Program-made: the position numbers and the translations under genes
Notes under the pieces: generated by a model
What the model was told of the DNA's origin: nothing
Seen by the model: only the letters and a program-made list of their open reading frames with translations
The model's database searches: none
Assembly (NCBI GenBank): GCA_033764315.1
Contig: JANRJA010000179.1
Span: 1 to 51,185 of the forward strand
Reading direction: 5' to 3'
DNA: 51,185 bases
DNA from: Oculatellaceae cyanobacterium bins.114
Lineage (GTDB): Bacteria > Cyanobacteriota > Cyanobacteriia > Elainellales > Elainellaceae
Shown here: in pieces, positions 48,383 to 51,185 of the stretch
How the letters are laid out: each line of letters begins with the position of its first letter
Position numbering within the stretch: the stretch's first letter is position 1

Positions 48383-49009
48383 TTATCGAAATGTGGCTGC
48401 CCATGATTGAGAACGCAAACTGGCTCCGGTTCGTTGGGTAAACAACCAGACAATCGACCGACCGACATCTCGCAAAATATGAACCTTGGACTCAGGAGGA
48501 ACACGGGATGGAACAATCACAGGAGTCGTTATGATGCCTCGGCTGCCAAAGACAATGGCCGCGATCGCCCTGGCACGCGCCATATGAAAATCAGAGGTAA
48601 TTAGATAAACATGGTGTATTTGAAGGCGATCGAACTCATTAACTAAGGTGGTGAAATTGGTGACGGTATCGGTTGCCCGAAAATCAAAGGTGATTCGCCT
48701 TAAATCGACCCCTACCAGTGCAAAAAAAGGTTGCGCCTTGGCAGGATTCATGCCCGATGAAATCCAAATGTTTAAATCTGGATGAGATTGGGCAAATTCT
48801 GCGGTAAATGCCTCCCGTGCTGGACGACCCCCTAAAGTCAAAATCGCCTGAGGTTGAGGAAATTGAATACTGGTCAGTACCAGTCGCATTGGAATATAAC
48901 TCAACAACACGATCAGCAATGTCACTAAGGCAAGCTTATAAGGCGTGTAACGACGATAATATCGCCACCGAGAAAAGTTAGAGATCGATCGCAAAGACTG
49001 AGACACCAT
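48383..49009 (-). CDS. YdcF/DUF218 family protein
   Basis: ILTLGG, ATDTVTNF, ITSDFHMARA; N-terminal TM helix. Confidence 0.9.
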   Translation of the reverse strand: MVSQSLRSISNFSRWRYYRRYTPYKLALVTLLIVLLSYIPMRLVLTSIQFPQPQAILTLGGRPAREAFTAEFAQSHPDLNIWISSGMNPAKAQPFFALVGVDLRRITFDFRATDTVTNFTTLVNEFDRLQIHHVYLITSDFHMARARAIAAIVFGSRGIITTPVIVPSRVPPESKVHILRDVGRSIVWLFTQRTGASLRSQSWAATFR

Positions 49010-49293
49010 CGTTGATTTTGGCTGAGATAGGAAACTGTTTTATTGCAGCTTAATCTCAGTGTCAAAAATAGATGATTGCGATCGCGTTTGTCTAAAAAAA
49101 GACTACTGTATATCTTTTGAGTTCTATTTATAGTGTGTTTATCTACCTGTAGAATGCCGTCAGCAAAGCGTAATGCAGAGGAAATTGCTAATTTACTCAA
49201 CATCTGTATAGGTAATGCTACACATTCATAAAATAAACCCGATAACAAACACTAGCTATTTAAGCTAAGAGCAATTCTACAGCACTTACCGTC

Positions 49294-50145
49294 ATGACTC
49301 TTTCCAGCGATAGCTCACCCGATCCTCAATTGTCAACTTTCACCAATACTCCGCTACAACGCAACCTTGCCATCTTTCGCAGCATTGGTTATGGATTATT
49401 AGGATTGTCATTTGTCGATTTATTATACGTGCTGCTGCCTCCAGACTTTACCAATCCCGTGTGGGAATATCAGACTATTGGCGATCTGGTTCGATTGATT
49501 CCAGTGCCTTTACTAGCTTTGCTTCTGGTGTTTTATGGAGAGTCCATCACCCGCAAAACAATCGAGCATCGCGTTTTGTGGTTACTGTCCTGGTTAACGC
49601 TACTGATTGGAATTATCTTCTTCTTACTCATTCCATTAACCATCACTGATACGGTTCGCATTAGCCGATTTAATAACGAGCAGATCAGCAACCAGGTCAA
49701 CCAACAAAAATTACAACTAGATGCCACTCGGCAACAGTTAGAACAAGCAACTCCTGAACAATTGCAAAGCCTGATTCCAGCTCCTGATGAAAATGGCAAT
49801 TTGCCAGATGCTCCTGCTACACCAGACCAAGCAAAATCTCAAGTTTTAGCCAATTTGCAACAAGCGCAAGAACAAGCTGAAAGTCAGGCGACTCAGGCAC
49901 GCAATAATTTGCGCCAAAACTTGCTAAAAAACACACTGAAGCTCACTGTAGAGCTATTGATTGGTGGGTTCACTTATCTCTACCTCTGGTCAGTCACCCG
50001 TTGGGCGCGTCACTTTAAGGTTCAAAAAAACTATAGCCAAGATTTTTCTCGTCCGTCCCGATCCAGTGCAGCCCAACGTTGGCTCCAGGGTCTAACCCGC
50101 TCTATGCAGCGATCGCTCCGCTCAGTTCGGCGTCAACGAGGATAA
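49294..50145 (+). CDS. HpsJ-like exosortase-associated membrane protein
   Basis: Three TM helices with PPDFTNPVWE, a Gln-rich coiled coil and a fourth TM helix; directly upstream of the exosortase. Confidence 0.75.
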   Translation: MTLSSDSSPDPQLSTFTNTPLQRNLAIFRSIGYGLLGLSFVDLLYVLLPPDFTNPVWEYQTIGDLVRLIPVPLLALLLVFYGESITRKTIEHRVLWLLSWLTLLIGIIFFLLIPLTITDTVRISRFNNEQISNQVNQQKLQLDATRQQLEQATPEQLQSLIPAPDENGNLPDAPATPDQAKSQVLANLQQAQEQAESQATQARNNLRQNLLKNTLKLTVELLIGGFTYLYLWSVTRWARHFKVQKNYSQDFSRPSRSSAAQRWLQGLTRSMQRSLRSVRRQRG

Positions 50146-50147
50146 TC

Positions 50148-50969
50148 ATGGTTGTATATCAGGGCAAAGAGTCCCAGGTCTGGCTGAGTATCGTTGGAGT
50201 GGGAATCGTTGCCCTACACTTGGTCTTGACATGGAGACTATTAGGACAAACGGATCAACTCGTCTTGAATCTACTGCTTTGGGGGGCGATCGCATCGCTG
50301 CTCTGGCAACGCAGGTCCACTCTAATTCTAAAGAGCGATCGCTGGGCAACTCTAATCGGTTTGATGTTGTTTACCCTGCTGTTGTGCAAAAGTTTGTCTC
50401 TCTTTTGGTTTGAGTCAGCATTTGTACGAGTTTTTCCAGGATTGGCGACACTCGGTTGGGCATTGCTAGCCTCTGGATTTCGGCTTCAACAATATGGGCG
50501 TGAGTTTTGCATTGTTTTCACCTTAATGTTGCCCCAAGGTTTATTGGCAGAGATCATGCATCAACAGATCGGCTCTTATGTGCAAGTGTGGATTGCTCAA
50601 ATTGCCACTTTTTTGCTGCATTATGGCGGTGTTGATGTCGTGCGTCATGGGGTAGAAGTGGTATTAGGGCAAAAGGCAGTTGCGGTTGAATACGCTTGTA
50701 CAGGAATGCCTATGTTGATTTTACTTTTACAGCTTTCAGTTGTTTTGCTTCTCGTATTTCCTATCTCTCTATGGAAGCAAGTTTTATTGGTTGTGATTGC
50801 CATCGTCACTGCTTTTAGCCTCAGCAGTATTCGAGTGGCAGTTATGGCATTAGTTGTTAATCATCCCTCCACCTTTGATTACTGGCATGGAGTTCAGGGA
50901 TCGCAGATCTTTACCACCCTGGCGATTGGATTATTTATTTTAAGTCACCATTATTTTGTTGAATCATGA
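50148..50969 (+). CDS. crtA: Cyanoexosortase A
   Basis: About 8 TM helices; Cys-Arg-His triad in YACTG, SIRV and DYWHG. Confidence 0.82.
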   Translation: MVVYQGKESQVWLSIVGVGIVALHLVLTWRLLGQTDQLVLNLLLWGAIASLLWQRRSTLILKSDRWATLIGLMLFTLLLCKSLSLFWFESAFVRVFPGLATLGWALLASGFRLQQYGREFCIVFTLMLPQGLLAEIMHQQIGSYVQVWIAQIATFLLHYGGVDVVRHGVEVVLGQKAVAVEYACTGMPMLILLLQLSVVLLLVFPISLWKQVLLVVIAIVTAFSLSSIRVAVMALVVNHPSTFDYWHGVQGSQIFTTLAIGLFILSHHYFVES

Positions 50970-51097
50970 AAGTGCGATCGCGCCAGTTTTGGCTTGGCAT
51001 GGTTGGGTTTGGTCTGGTCTTGACCGCTGGAAAGTGGGCGATCGCGCCTATTCATCGTTCTTATCCCTCTTTGGTCACATTAATGAGAGGAATTTAG
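50966..51097 (+). pseudogene. 5' stub of a probable cyanoexosortase A system-associated gene, interrupted by an IS
   Basis: ATGA overlap with the exosortase stop; 43 aa MKVRSRQFWLGMVGFGLVLTAGKWAIAP..., running into the IS end. Confidence 0.55.
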
Positions 51098-51185
51098 AAT
51101 AGGGATAGACCATTTGAGAGGGTGCCAGGAATCCTATGCCTGCGTCAAGAGAGGCTCGACCAACGATTCGCTTTGTCGATGAGTA
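51064..51185 (+). mobile_element. IS701-family element, left end and start of transposase (partial)
   Basis: ATG at 51136 reads MPASREARPTIRFVDE, like the N-terminus of cyanobacterial IS701 transposases; CTCTTTGGTCAC resembles their terminal repeat; exact end approximate. Confidence 0.7.

Noticed and set aside
48925-49248. 107-aa minus-strand ORF
   Set aside because: Spans the AT-rich divergent promoter region and overlaps ydcF out of frame; no protein features

Overview
Cyanobacterial chromosomal window (frequent HIP1 octamer GCGATCGC, NtcA boxes, cyanoexosortase). From left to right it holds: (1) a truncated transposase, a tyrosine recombinase and a MarR-GNAT gene in a HIP1-free segment; (2) a ~10.5 kb cluster of two membrane di-iron desaturase-like genes, a CE4 deacetylase, an SDR, a NitT/TauT ABC importer with two Tat-lipoprotein binding proteins, a TIM-barrel protein and an Lrp/AsnC regulator. 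All three enzyme/transporter transcription units carry NtcA-type promoters, which suggests an uncharacterised nitrogen-scavenging pathway; (3) a decayed dacB, an XRE gene with a double hybrid histidine kinase, a haemagglutinin-like exoprotein, an MFS, a methyltransferase, a DUF4188-like gene and a small (SILSIGSAG)n protein; (4) an ~18.5 kb glycosyltransferase cluster headed by an unusual GT4-EAL-REC fusion. Next to it are two PFE/PFD-CTERM proteins with no visible signal peptide, YdcF, and an HpsJ-like/cyanoexosortase A operon whose third gene appears cut by an IS701-family element at the window edge. Several MITE/REP-like repeats are present, some with target-site duplications. No rRNA, tRNA or CRISPR array was seen. 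All family calls come from motif recognition, not database searches.
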